Assembly: GCA_963823035.1 (NCBI GenBank)
Contig: CAWGKG010000014.1
Span: 224,001 to 288,000, forward strand
DNA length: 64,000 bases
Source: an uncultured Gemmatimonadales bacterium
Lineage (GTDB): Bacteria; Gemmatimonadota; Gemmatimonadetes; Longimicrobiales; Gaopeijiaceae
Direction: 5' to 3'
The notes under the pieces are model-generated. The model saw only the letters and a program-made list of their open reading frames with translations, searched no databases and was not told the origin of the DNA. A program made the position numbers and the translations under genes. Below, piece by piece: positions 1 to 9,533 of the stretch (position 1 is the stretch's first letter; every line of letters begins with the position of its first letter).

Positions 1-282
1 GGTGCCGAACTTCTTGGGATCGTTGTAGAGGCGGCGCAGCGCCTCCTCCAGACGATACAGGTAGCGCCCCTCCTTCGTCGCGAACACGGCCGCCTTTTCC
101 CGCTCCATGGCCTCGGTGCCCTGATCGGCCATGTGGTCCGTGTACGCGGCAAGATCCGAATCGCCGGACTCACGGTCCGCCTTGGCCATCTCGTCGAAGA
201 GGCCGAGGGCCTTGAGGGCCCGGGCGCGCTCGTCGAGGAGGCGCTTCTCGATGTGGGCGAGCTGCTTCTTGTTCAGGGGCAT
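1..282 (-). CDS. TraR/DksA family transcriptional regulator (3' end off window)
   Basis: Manual translation from ATG at 282: MPLNKKQLAHIEKRLLDERARAL...YTDHMADQGTEAMEREK...LEEALRRLYNDPKKFGT. Coiled coil with HMADQG, leading toward the expected C4 zinc finger. Confidence 0.85.
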   Translation of the reverse strand, partial: MPLNKKQLAHIEKRLLDERARALKALGLFDEMAKADRESGDSDLAAYTDHMADQGTEAMEREKAAVFATKEGRYLYRLEEALRRLYNDPKKFGT

Positions 283-347
283 TTTCGATCTCGAGGCAAT
301 ACGGGGTCGAATTAGCCTTCAAAGGTACACAATGCCCCGAACGTCGT

Positions 348-1343
348 CTACCACCGAACCAGCGCGGATCCCCAGGTGAATCCGGAGCCGAACGCCACCA
401 TGCACAGGAGGTCGCCGCGCTCCAGTCGACCCGCCCGCACGGACTCGGCGAGCGCGATGGGAATGGTGGCCGCCGTGGTGTTCCCGTAGCGGTCGATGTT
501 GCTGACGACCTGGTCGTCACGCAGCCCGAGGCGACGCTGCACCATCTGGGTGATGCGAAGGTTGGCCTGGTGCGGGATGAGGAGGTCGAGGTCTTCCGAG
601 CCGAGCCCGTTCGCGGCGAGGGCCTCCTCGACCACCTCGGGCATCCGGCTGACGGCGTGCTTGAACACCTCCTTCCCCTGCATGGTCGGGAAGTGCCGGG
701 CTTCGCGGATCGCCTCTTCCGAGATGCGCGGCTGGTGCCTGCTCGAGGCGAACTCGGTCCAGAGGATCTCGGCGAAGCGCCCGTCCGAGTGGATATGCGT
801 GGAGAGCACCCCCCGCGCGTCGTCGTCGCCCGCCGTGAGCACGGCCGCCCCCGCCCCGTCACCGAAGAGGACGGCGAGGTCGCGGCCGCGCGTCGAGATG
901 TCGAGCCCGGTCGAGTGGATCTCCACGCCGACCAGGAGGACGTTCCGGTACTGCCCGCACCGGATCCACGCGTCGGCCACGGACAGCCCGTACATGAAGC
1001 CGGAGCACTGGGCCCGCACGTCGAGGGCCGGAATGCCGGTCACCCCGAGCTCGCGTTGCAGGAAGACCCCCGTGCCGGGGAAGAAGTGGTCGGGGCTGAG
1101 CGTCGCGAGGACGATCGCGTCCAGCTCCCCGGCGGCCATCCCCGCGTCGCGCAACGCTTCCTGCGCGGCCTCGCGCGCCATGTCCGCGCCGCTCGTCCCC
1201 TCGTCCACCCAGCGCCGCTCCCGGATACCGGTGCGCTCCACGATCCACGCGTCGGAGGTGTCCATGAGCCGCGTCAGGTCGTCGTTCGTCACCACGCGCT
1301 CGGGTACGTAGAAGCCGGTTCCGGCGAAGACGGTTCGAGGCAC
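348..1343 (-). CDS. fabH: 3-oxoacyl-ACP synthase III
   Basis: AQCSGF (catalytic Cys), FGDGAGA, PHQANLR and YGNTTAA motifs; 331 aa. Confidence 0.95.
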   Translation of the reverse strand: MPRTVFAGTGFYVPERVVTNDDLTRLMDTSDAWIVERTGIRERRWVDEGTSGADMAREAAQEALRDAGMAAGELDAIVLATLSPDHFFPGTGVFLQRELGVTGIPALDVRAQCSGFMYGLSVADAWIRCGQYRNVLLVGVEIHSTGLDISTRGRDLAVLFGDGAGAAVLTAGDDDARGVLSTHIHSDGRFAEILWTEFASSRHQPRISEEAIREARHFPTMQGKEVFKHAVSRMPEVVEEALAANGLGSEDLDLLIPHQANLRITQMVQRRLGLRDDQVVSNIDRYGNTTAATIPIALAESVRAGRLERGDLLCMVAFGSGFTWGSALVRW

Positions 1344-1467
1344 GTCAGCCTCCGTAGGTGTGCGACATGTAGAAGGATCGGTGGGCGATCGGACCCCCGG
1401 CGCCGCAGGAGGGTAGTCGCCCCGATCGGGCGCTCAGCGCCGGGAGAATCCGCCTCAATGATAAGAC

Positions 1468-1752
1468 ATGGCCGACGAGACGATCCATTGCCGCCGGTGC
1501 GGAGCCGATGCGCCGCGCATGATCCGGCCCCCCTTCAGGAACGAGTTGGGCGATCGGATCCTCGGGGAGATCTGCGCGGATTGCTGGAAGGAATGGCTCC
1601 AGCACCAGACGCTGCTCATCAACCACTACGGGCTCGATCCGCGCGAAGCGAAGGCGCGCGCCTTCCTCTACGAGCAGATCGAGCAGGTCCTGCTCGGCGG
1701 CGGAGAGGGGGAGCAGGTGGACACCACCCAGCAGGGCAACATCGAATGGTGA
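1468..1752 (+). CDS. yggX: Fe(II)-trafficking / oxidative damage protection protein (YggX family)
   Basis: PPF..ELG.RI...IC..CW.EWL.HQTLLIN...L pattern; 94 aa. Confidence 0.9.
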   Translation: MADETIHCRRCGADAPRMIRPPFRNELGDRILGEICADCWKEWLQHQTLLINHYGLDPREAKARAFLYEQIEQVLLGGGEGEQVDTTQQGNIEW

Positions 1753-3418
1753 GGAGGTGCCCGGCCGCGGCCTGAGCCGCCCCACCGCCCTTCGTCCCGG
1801 CCAATCCGAGGGCACGGGCGCACGCCCCGTCCCAGGAGAGCCCCACGAGGATCTGCGGCGGCATGCGAGCCAGGATGCGCACCGCCCCGGGGCAGCGCTC
1901 CTCCAACAGATCGAGCGCGGCGCCGTGCACCAGCCCACCCTGCTCCAGGAGCAGGACGTCGACGCCGGCGGCCCACCAGAGCGAGAGCTGATCCGTGGGC
2001 GTCCCCCAGACGGGCGTCGCCCCGTCTTCGGAGCGGGGCATGAAGCGCGCGCTCGGCACCACGCTCCACCCACCGTGCAGGTGCAGCGCGGCCCAGAACT
2101 CCGGAGCCCCCACCACCGCGTCCGGCGGCGCCGTCTTCGCGAGCGCCTCGACGGCCGCGGCGAGGCGCCCGGCGCGCAGTCGGTAGCCGGCCACGGCCCA
2201 CCCGCGCGCGTCACGGGCCGCCGAGACCACGGTGTAGGCGCCTACCCAGACGAACACGGCGGCGCCCAGGGCGCGGCGCACCCCCCGGTGGGAGACACGC
2301 CGCCCTACCTCGAGCGCCCCGACGCACACGGACGCGAGCACCCAGGGGTGCAGGGGAACGACCAGGCGTCGGTCCACGAACGGCCACAACAGCAGCATCC
2401 CCAGGTAGGCGAGCACCACCCACGGCACCGGAGGCAGGGTGCGCGCCAGCCGCATCAGGCCCACGGCCGACAACACCGCCACCGGAACCGCCACCGCCAT
2501 GAGCCCCCACCCCGTCGCGCCCGGCACGAGGAGGGCGAACACGCGCTCGAAGACGCCGCGGGCCTGGGACGGGAAGGCCGCGAGGAAGGAGGCGGGCGCC
2601 GTCGTCAGCTGTCCGCTGAGCCAACCGCCGTACGGACCGAGCACGTCGCGCAGCCCCTCGGGTACGTCGGCCGCGCGCTCGGCCGCCCACGCGCCCCACG
2701 CCACCCCCACGGCGAGGGCCGGCGCGCACACCGCTGCGGCCACGAGGAGCCCGCGGCGGACCAGGACGGCCACGGCGAAGCCCGCGACGAGCGCTGCGCC
2801 GGCCGAGCGGGTGAGCACCGCCGCGACGAGGAGGAGCGCCAGGAGGGTGGCACCGCGCCGGTCGCCGGGTCGGCCGGCGGACGTCCAGGCCGCGAGGGTC
2901 GCGACCGCCAGGAGGACGAACATCGGCTCGGAGAGCGGCACGAGCGCGTAGCGCCAGACGTCCGCCGAGACGAACGCGAGGGCCGCGACGCCCACGGACG
3001 TCGCCCTGTCGAGGCCCGCCGCCCGGTGCATCACCCATCCAAAGAGCCCGCCGGCGCAGGCCAGGAAGACGAGGTTGAGCAGCCCGGCCGCGAGCGTGAC
3101 CGCCCCGACGCTCCCCAGGACCCGCCACAGGACCGCCAGCACCATCGGGTATCCGGGAGGGAACTTCACAGCCGGCGGGCTGCCGGGCACGCCCACGTAG
3201 CGCAGCCCCTCCCCCTGGCCGAGCGCCTGCCCGACGAGCATGTAGACGCCGTCGTCGTGCCAGACCCCGGCGGGGACCGGCCGCCAGAAGGAAAGCCCCA
3301 CGCCGAAGAGGGCGAGCCCCAGGAGGAGGAAGGGCCACCCGGCGGAAGGCCGCCGGAATCCGGGCGCCGGTCGGGTCTCGACCGACGCGGCGTCCGGCGT
3401 GCCGGGCCCTGGGCTCAC
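1619..3418 (-). CDS. Polytopic membrane protein, GT-C (ArnT/PMT-like) glycosyltransferase candidate
   Basis: N-terminal TM then HDDGVY...KFPPGYP, later LSEP and TRS motifs, and many TM helices. The ORF tail overlaps yggX by about 130 bp, so the true 3' end may be earlier. Confidence 0.65.
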   Translation of the reverse strand: MSPGPGTPDAASVETRPAPGFRRPSAGWPFLLLGLALFGVGLSFWRPVPAGVWHDDGVYMLVGQALGQGEGLRYVGVPGSPPAVKFPPGYPMVLAVLWRVLGSVGAVTLAAGLLNLVFLACAGGLFGWVMHRAAGLDRATSVGVAALAFVSADVWRYALVPLSEPMFVLLAVATLAAWTSAGRPGDRRGATLLALLLVAAVLTRSAGAALVAGFAVAVLVRRGLLVAAAVCAPALAVGVAWGAWAAERAADVPEGLRDVLGPYGGWLSGQLTTAPASFLAAFPSQARGVFERVFALLVPGATGWGLMAVAVPVAVLSAVGLMRLARTLPPVPWVVLAYLGMLLLWPFVDRRLVVPLHPWVLASVCVGALEVGRRVSHRGVRRALGAAVFVWVGAYTVVSAARDARGWAVAGYRLRAGRLAAAVEALAKTAPPDAVVGAPEFWAALHLHGGWSVVPSARFMPRSEDGATPVWGTPTDQLSLWWAAGVDVLLLEQGGLVHGAALDLLEERCPGAVRILARMPPQILVGLSWDGACARALGLAGTKGGGAAQAAAGHLLTIRCCPAGWCPPAPPLRRRAGPARSARRGRRAPSLRADRARSG

Positions 3419-3446
3419 CCTGCGCGCCGGCGCTGGGTCCGAGCCG

Positions 3447-4664
3447 TCACGCGCTCAGAACCTCGCGCACGTGCCCGAGGGCGTCTTCGAGCGTCTCCTG
3501 GTCGATGATGAGCGGGGGCGCGAAGCGGATCACCTGGCCGTGCGTCTCCTTGGCCAGGATGCCTCGGTCCTGCAGGGCTTCACAGTAGGGACGGGCCGTA
3601 CCCGACGAAGCGTGGATGACGACGCCGATCATGAGGCCCCTGCCCCGCACCTCCGCCACGTGCGGCGATCCGATCGCGCGCAGCCCATCCATGAACCAGC
3701 GGCCCAGACGGTCCGCGCGCTCGGCCAGGCCCTCGTCGAGAATCACCCGCAGCGAGGCGCGTGCGATCGCGGCGCCCAGCGGGTTGCCGCCGAACGTCGA
3801 GCCGTGGTCGCCGGGATGGAAGACGTCCATGTACTCGGCGTCGGCGATCACCGCGGAGACCGGATACACCCCTCCGCCCAGCGCCTTGCCGACGATGAGC
3901 ACGTCCGGGCGGACGTTCTCCCATTCGCAGCAGAAGAGGCGGCCGGTTCGCCCCAACCCCGTCTGGATCTCGTCGGACATGAAGGCGACGCGGTGCTCGT
4001 CGCACAGCGCACGCGCCCGGCTCAGGTAGCCGTCGGGAGGCACCACGACGCCGCCCTCACCCTGGAGCGGCTCGACCAGGAAGCCCACGGTGTTCGGGCC
4101 GATGGCGGCCTCGAGCGCGTCGGCGTCCCCGTACGGGATGAGCCGGAAGCCCGGCGTGAACGGCCCGAACCCCTCCCGGTACTGCGCCTCCGAGGAGAAG
4201 CCGACGATGGTCGTGGTGCGGCCGTGGAAGTTGTTCTCGCAGACAATGATCTCGGCCTTGTCCGTGGCGACGCCCTTGACGGTGTAGCCCCACTTGCGGA
4301 CCATCTTCACGGCGGTCTCCACCGCCTCCGCGCCGGTGTTCATCGGCAGCGCCCGCTCGAATCCGGTGGCCTCGCACAACTCGCGCAGGAACGGGCCCAT
4401 CTGGTCGTTGTGGAAGGCTCGCGAGGTGAGCGTCAGCCGACCCATCTGGACCGCCGCCGCCTCGAGGATCGCCGGATGCCGGTGACCCTGGTTGAGCGCG
4501 GAGTACGCGCTGAGCATGTCGAGGTAGCGGTTGCCCTCGACGTCCCAGACCCAGACCCCCTCGCCGCGCTCGAGCACGACCGGAAGGGGATGATAGTTGT
4601 GCGCGCTGTATCGATCGACCTCCTGGAGGTAGAGGCCGGTGTCGGTCGTGGTGGCTTCGCTCAT
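3447..4664 (-). CDS. rocD: Ornithine--oxo-acid aminotransferase
   Basis: SAHNYHPLPVV, MNTGAEAVE, FHGRT, DEIQTGLGRTG, GKALGGG (PLP Lys) and HGSTFGGNPL motifs. Confidence 0.95.
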   Translation of the reverse strand: MSEATTTDTGLYLQEVDRYSAHNYHPLPVVLERGEGVWVWDVEGNRYLDMLSAYSALNQGHRHPAILEAAAVQMGRLTLTSRAFHNDQMGPFLRELCEATGFERALPMNTGAEAVETAVKMVRKWGYTVKGVATDKAEIIVCENNFHGRTTTIVGFSSEAQYREGFGPFTPGFRLIPYGDADALEAAIGPNTVGFLVEPLQGEGGVVVPPDGYLSRARALCDEHRVAFMSDEIQTGLGRTGRLFCCEWENVRPDVLIVGKALGGGVYPVSAVIADAEYMDVFHPGDHGSTFGGNPLGAAIARASLRVILDEGLAERADRLGRWFMDGLRAIGSPHVAEVRGRGLMIGVVIHASSGTARPYCEALQDRGILAKETHGQVIRFAPPLIIDQETLEDALGHVREVLSA

Positions 4665-4761
4665 GGGACGCTCGTCGTCGCGGAGGGGGCCGGAGGAACT
4701 CCCGCCCTCGATCCAGACTCTAATCGAGCCCCTTGGGCGCAATCAAGCAGCGCGCGGCGCG

Positions 4762-5712
4762 CTACTCGACCGGCCGGTGCGGCCGCTCGTCCACCTCCAG
4801 ACGGAAGACGTCGGGGCGGGCGTAGTGACCGGTCACGTCGAAGTCGAACTTCCCGCGCGGAATCGCGGTCAGGTCGAGGTCGGTGGTGAGGATGCCGGCC
4901 TCCTCCCACACCGGTCCGGCCAGACACTCGCCCAGGGGACCGTAGATGGCGCTCCCACCGCGGCACAGCACCTCCGGCCATGCCTCCAGCTCTCCCGCGA
5001 TCTCGAGATCGGCGGGGTACATGGCGCGGTGCACGTACTGGTTGCACCCGAGCACGAAGCACCGTCCCTCCATGGCGATGTGCTGGAGCGTGGCCTGCCA
5101 CGTCGGACGGGCGTCGGCGGTCGGCGCCAGGTAGATCTCCACGCCCTTCCCGTACATCGCCATGCGGGCCAGCGGCATGTAGTTCTCCCAGCAGATCAGC
5201 CCGCCCACCCTGCCGAACGGCGTATCCACCACCGTGAGCGTGCTCCCGTCGCCCTCCCCCCAGATCAGCCGCTCCGCCGCGGTGGGCTTGAGCTTGCGGT
5301 GCTTGCCGAGCAGCGCGCCGTCCGGGCCGAAGTAGAGGAGGGTGCAGAAGAGCGTCCCCCCGCTGTAGGAGGAGTCGCGCTCGATCACCCCCACGCAGAG
5401 GTGGACGTCGGCCTCGCGCGCGGCCTCTCCCATGCGCGCGGTCTCCGGACCGGGGACGTCGATGGCGCCTCGCCAGTATCGCTCCCACGTGCGGCGGCCG
5501 GCGGGAGACCGTCCGCCCACGGCGGTGCCGAACGCGAGGCCCCACGGATATCCGCCGACGTAGGCCTCCGGGAACAGCACCAGGCGTGCCCCGTCCGCGG
5601 CGGCCTCGGCCGTGCGCGTGCACACCTCGTCGACGGCGGCCGGTGTGTCGAAGAAGGCGGGTGCCGCCTGGACGACGGCGACACGGACGTTCGGGGAGTC
5701 GGATGCGGTCAC
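4762..5712 (-). CDS. Nitrilase (carbon-nitrogen hydrolase)
   Basis: Catalytic E-K-C triad in FPEA, HRKLKPT and ICWENYMP; C-terminal DVTGHYARPDVF. GTG start inferred. Confidence 0.9.
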   Translation of the reverse strand: MTASDSPNVRVAVVQAAPAFFDTPAAVDEVCTRTAEAAADGARLVLFPEAYVGGYPWGLAFGTAVGGRSPAGRRTWERYWRGAIDVPGPETARMGEAAREADVHLCVGVIERDSSYSGGTLFCTLLYFGPDGALLGKHRKLKPTAAERLIWGEGDGSTLTVVDTPFGRVGGLICWENYMPLARMAMYGKGVEIYLAPTADARPTWQATLQHIAMEGRCFVLGCNQYVHRAMYPADLEIAGELEAWPEVLCRGGSAIYGPLGECLAGPVWEEAGILTTDLDLTAIPRGKFDFDVTGHYARPDVFRLEVDERPHRPVE

Positions 5713-5756
5713 GGCCGGATTCCTGCGATCGGAGGGGGTCGGAGGGCCAACGGCGG

Positions 5757-6725
5757 TCAGCCCCCGGAGTACACGAGCTCGGCCATCACCTCGCCCACCA
5801 TCTCGAGGTTCGCCGCGCTCACGTGGTCGGGCGTGTCGTTCGGCGTGTGCCACCACGCGTTGCCGGGCCCGTACGACAGGTCGATGACGTCCGCGGTGGG
5901 GAGCCCCGCCTCGATGAGCGGCACGTGGTCGTCGCCCACGGGCCCCCCCACGGTCTCGGGGAACGCCGACGCATAGCCCAGCCGGCGCGCCGCGCCCCAG
6001 ACCTTGTTCACCACGGGGCGCGCGTACTCGAAGGAATACTCCTCCACGGGGAAGCGGGCGTCCACGTCGCCGACCATGTCGAGGAGGACGCCGTAGATCG
6101 GGCGGCCCGTTGTGGCCGCCTGGTCGGGGAGGCTCTCGGCGTAGCGGTTCGAGCCGAAGAACATGTCCTCGGTTCCGGGCCCGTAGTCCTCTCCGTCCAC
6201 GAAGAGGAGGTCGATCCCCATCGGGGGCGCCTGGCCGTGGAAGAGGCGCGCCAGCTCGATGAGCACCGCGGTCCCGGATCCTCCGTCGTTCGCGCCCGGC
6301 ACCGGGATCTTCTCGAGCTCGGGCTCGCTGGCGTTGTCCGAGATGGGCCGCGTGTCCCAGTGCGTGAGCAGGAGGATGCGGCGCTTCTCCTCGGGCTTGA
6401 AGCGCGCGACCAGGTTCGTCAGGCGCAGCGTGTCGCCGGAGGAGGCTACGACGGTGAAGCTGTCCACCACCAGGTCGTCGGCGAGCGAGTCGAGCGTGGC
6501 GCGCATCCAGGCGAGCTGGTCGGCGTGACCCGGCCGGCCCGGCACACGCGGACCGAACGCCACCTGGCGCTCCACCAACTCGAGGGCGCGCGTCCCGTCG
6601 AAGCGCGGGCGGCCCGGGAAGGGCCCCTGGACCTCGGACGAGGAATCGCAGGCCGCCGCCGCGAGGAGGCCGGCGAGCGCGAGGATGGCGGCGAGCCGCC
6701 CCGGACTTCCGTGAGGTGTCGACAT
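5757..6725 (-). CDS. M28 family peptidase, glutaminyl-cyclase-like lipoprotein
   Basis: Lipobox-like LLAAAAC; HWDTRP, GANDGGSG, DGED, DDHVP and WHT motifs. Confidence 0.85.
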   Translation of the reverse strand: MSTPHGSPGRLAAILALAGLLAAAACDSSSEVQGPFPGRPRFDGTRALELVERQVAFGPRVPGRPGHADQLAWMRATLDSLADDLVVDSFTVVASSGDTLRLTNLVARFKPEEKRRILLLTHWDTRPISDNASEPELEKIPVPGANDGGSGTAVLIELARLFHGQAPPMGIDLLFVDGEDYGPGTEDMFFGSNRYAESLPDQAATTGRPIYGVLLDMVGDVDARFPVEEYSFEYARPVVNKVWGAARRLGYASAFPETVGGPVGDDHVPLIEAGLPTADVIDLSYGPGNAWWHTPNDTPDHVSAANLEMVGEVMAELVYSGG

Positions 6726-6808
6726 CGTGGAGGCAACGTACATTGGTGGCCGCCCCGAGGTCCATGCGTGACCCCGATGCGCCCGCTCCTTCCAACCACG
6801 AGCGATCC

Positions 6809-8269
6809 ATGAACCGCACGCCCCTCGTTGTCGCGCTGGCCCTGTCCGGCGCCTTCGCACCCCCGCCCCTCCGGGCGCAGGACGCGAAGGAGGCCGTGGT
6901 CCGGCACGTGGAGCGCCACGCGGCCGAGTACGGGGAGCTGGCCCAGCGCATCTGGGACCTCGCGGAGGTCGGGTACCAGGAGACGAAGAGCTCGGCGCTC
7001 CTGCAGGGGCGGCTGAAGGATGCGGGCTTCCAGGTCGAGGCCGGCGTGGCGGGCATGCCCACCGCCTTCGTGGCGAGCTGGGGATCGGGCGAGCCCGTGA
7101 TCGCCGTATTGGCCGAGTTCGACGCGCTGCCAGGGATCACGCAGGACCGCGTCCCGGAGCGCAGCCCCATCGAGGGCAAGCCGGCGGGCCACGCCTGTGG
7201 CCACCACCTCTTCGGCACCGCGTCCACGGCCGCGGCGCTCGCCGTGAAGGACTGGCTCTCCACCAGCGGACACGCCGGCACGATCCGCCTCTATGGCACG
7301 CCGGCGGAGGAGGGCGGCGCGGGGAAGGTCTACATGGTGCGCGCCGGGCTCCTCGACGACGTGGACGTGGTGCTGCACTGGCACCCGGGCTCCGAGAACG
7401 AGGCCGACCCCACGTCGTCGCTGGCCAACAAGTCGGCGAAGTTCCGCTTTCACGGCGTGAGCGCCCACGCCGCCGCGGCGCCCGACCGCGGCCGCTCCGC
7501 GCTCGACGCCGTCGAGGCGATGGACCACATGGTGAACATGATGCGCGAGCACGTGCCGCAGGAGACGCGCATCCACTACGTCATCACATCCGGCGGAAGC
7601 GCGCCCAACGTCGTGCCCGACTTCGCCGAGGTCTACTACTACGTCCGCCACCCCGACCCCGAGGTCGTCCGCTCGATCTTCGACCGCGTGGTGAAGGCGG
7701 CCGAGGGCGCGGCGATGGGGACCGGGACGACGGTGACGTACGAGGTCATCCACGGGATCTACAACCTCCTCCCGAACGTGGCCCTGGCGGAGGTCGTGCA
7801 CGCGAACCTGGAAGCCGTGGGCGGCGTGCGCTACACCCCCGAGGAGCGTCGCTTCGCGGAGATCCTCCACCGCACGCTCCCCGAGGACGCCCCGCCCCTC
7901 GAATCCGCGGCGGAGGTGAAGCCGTTCGAGGTGCGCCTGGGCGGCGAGGGCGGATCGACGGACGTGGGCGACGTGAGCTGGACCGTGCCTACCGCCGGCC
8001 TGAGCGCCGCCACCTGGGTGCCCGGGACGGCGGCCCACTCCTGGCAGGCCGTGGCGGCCGGCGGCACGAGCATCGGCAACAAGGGGCTGATCGTCGCAGC
8101 CAAGACGCTCGCGACCTCCGCCGTCGAGCTCTACGAACACCCGGAGCTGATCGCGAAGGCTCGGAGGGAGTTCGAGGAGCGCCGCGGGCCGGACTATCAC
8201 TACGTCTCGCTCGTCGGCGACCGGGACCCACCGCTGGACTACCGCAACGCGGCCCGACCCGGCGGGTGA
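6809..8269 (+). CDS. Secreted M20 amidohydrolase (AbgB-like)
   Basis: Signal peptide; EFDALPG, GHACGH, PAEEGG, HWHP and GSTDVGDVS motifs. Confidence 0.9.
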   Translation: MNRTPLVVALALSGAFAPPPLRAQDAKEAVVRHVERHAAEYGELAQRIWDLAEVGYQETKSSALLQGRLKDAGFQVEAGVAGMPTAFVASWGSGEPVIAVLAEFDALPGITQDRVPERSPIEGKPAGHACGHHLFGTASTAAALAVKDWLSTSGHAGTIRLYGTPAEEGGAGKVYMVRAGLLDDVDVVLHWHPGSENEADPTSSLANKSAKFRFHGVSAHAAAAPDRGRSALDAVEAMDHMVNMMREHVPQETRIHYVITSGGSAPNVVPDFAEVYYYVRHPDPEVVRSIFDRVVKAAEGAAMGTGTTVTYEVIHGIYNLLPNVALAEVVHANLEAVGGVRYTPEERRFAEILHRTLPEDAPPLESAAEVKPFEVRLGGEGGSTDVGDVSWTVPTAGLSAATWVPGTAAHSWQAVAAGGTSIGNKGLIVAAKTLATSAVELYEHPELIAKARREFEERRGPDYHYVSLVGDRDPPLDYRNAARPGG

Positions 8270-8351
8270 GGGAGGTCCGGTGCACGCCGCCACCTCTGAA
8301 GATCACCCCGCGTTCCGAACGGCCGTTCTCCCCATCCGACGGAGCTCCTCC

Positions 8352-9515
8352 ATGCGCTGCTCCCGCTTCGTGCTCGCCATGCTCGCCACCGTCCCGCTGG
8401 CCACGCCGGCCGCCGCGCAGGAAGCGCGCAGGGACCTCGACGCCCTCCCCTTCCTGCGCAGCTACACGTCCGCGCGGGTGTCCAGCACCGACCCCACGGG
8501 CGCGAACGACGACGGCAACTGGGGGCACCCGATCGAGGCCGGTGAGACCCGCACCATCGCCGACCTGACGGGTCCGGGCGTCATCAGCCACATCTGGTTC
8601 ACGATCGCCACGGGCGACCCCTGGCACCTCAAGAACATCGTGCTGCGCATGTACTGGGACGGGGAGGCCACGCCCAGCGTGGAGACGCCCGTGGGCGACT
8701 TCTTCGGACTCGGGCTCGGCCGCTACTTCCTCTACGAGTCCGGCCCGCTCTCGGTCGGCTCGCAGAAGGCGCTCAACAGCTACTTCCCGATGCCGTTCCG
8801 GCGCGCGGCGCGCATCACGGTGACGAACGAGAGCACGCAGGCCATCGGCGCGTTCTATTTCAACATCGACTACGAGAAGCACACGTCGCTTCCCGAGGAC
8901 ATGGGCTACTTCCACGCCCAGTACCGGCAGGCAACGCCCAACCACGGCTGGACGAGCGATTGGACGCGCAATGGACAGGCCGAGGTGAGCGACCGCCCCA
9001 ACCCCGACGGGCGCGACAACTACGTGATCATGGAGGCGACCGGTCGCGGCCACTACGTCGGGGTCACCCACAGCATCCTCCAGAACCAGGGGGATTGGTG
9101 GGGCGAGGGCGACGACATGTTCTTCATCGACGGCGCCACGACGCCGCAGATCGTCGGGACGGGGTCCGAGGACTACTACCTGGGCGCCTGGTGCTACGGC
9201 GGATGCGGCATCGACCCGTTCGGCTCGAAGCACCCGACCTTCGCCTACCAGCGCTACGGAAACCCGGTGAACGGCGGCGACGACCGGGGCGCGAGCTGGA
9301 TGGTGTACCGCTTCCACACCGACTCGCCGGTGGTCTTCCAGAAAGACCTCCGCGTGACGATCGAGAGCGGACACGCCAACCACCGCTCGGACAACTTCTA
9401 CACCGTGGCCTACTGGTATCAGACCGAGCCGCACGCCCCCTTCCCCGCGCTGCCCGCCGCCGCCGACCGCATCCCACGGCAGATGGACACCGGCGGGCCG
9501 ACCACGGGACGCTGA
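8352..9515 (+). CDS. Glycoside hydrolase family 172 (DUF2961), secreted
   Basis: GPGVISHIW, PVGDFFG, NSYFPMPF, WWGEGDD, GTGSEDY and YRFH..SP motifs; signal peptide. Confidence 0.9.
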   Translation: MRCSRFVLAMLATVPLATPAAAQEARRDLDALPFLRSYTSARVSSTDPTGANDDGNWGHPIEAGETRTIADLTGPGVISHIWFTIATGDPWHLKNIVLRMYWDGEATPSVETPVGDFFGLGLGRYFLYESGPLSVGSQKALNSYFPMPFRRAARITVTNESTQAIGAFYFNIDYEKHTSLPEDMGYFHAQYRQATPNHGWTSDWTRNGQAEVSDRPNPDGRDNYVIMEATGRGHYVGVTHSILQNQGDWWGEGDDMFFIDGATTPQIVGTGSEDYYLGAWCYGGCGIDPFGSKHPTFAYQRYGNPVNGGDDRGASWMVYRFHTDSPVVFQKDLRVTIESGHANHRSDNFYTVAYWYQTEPHAPFPALPAAADRIPRQMDTGGPTTGR

Positions 9516-9533
9516 GCAGCCGCCGGCGGGCCG

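Noticed and set aside
4762..7281. 839-aa extended nitrilase ORF
   Set aside because: The N-terminal extension overlaps the M28 and M20 genes; the nitrilase domain starts at about 5712.
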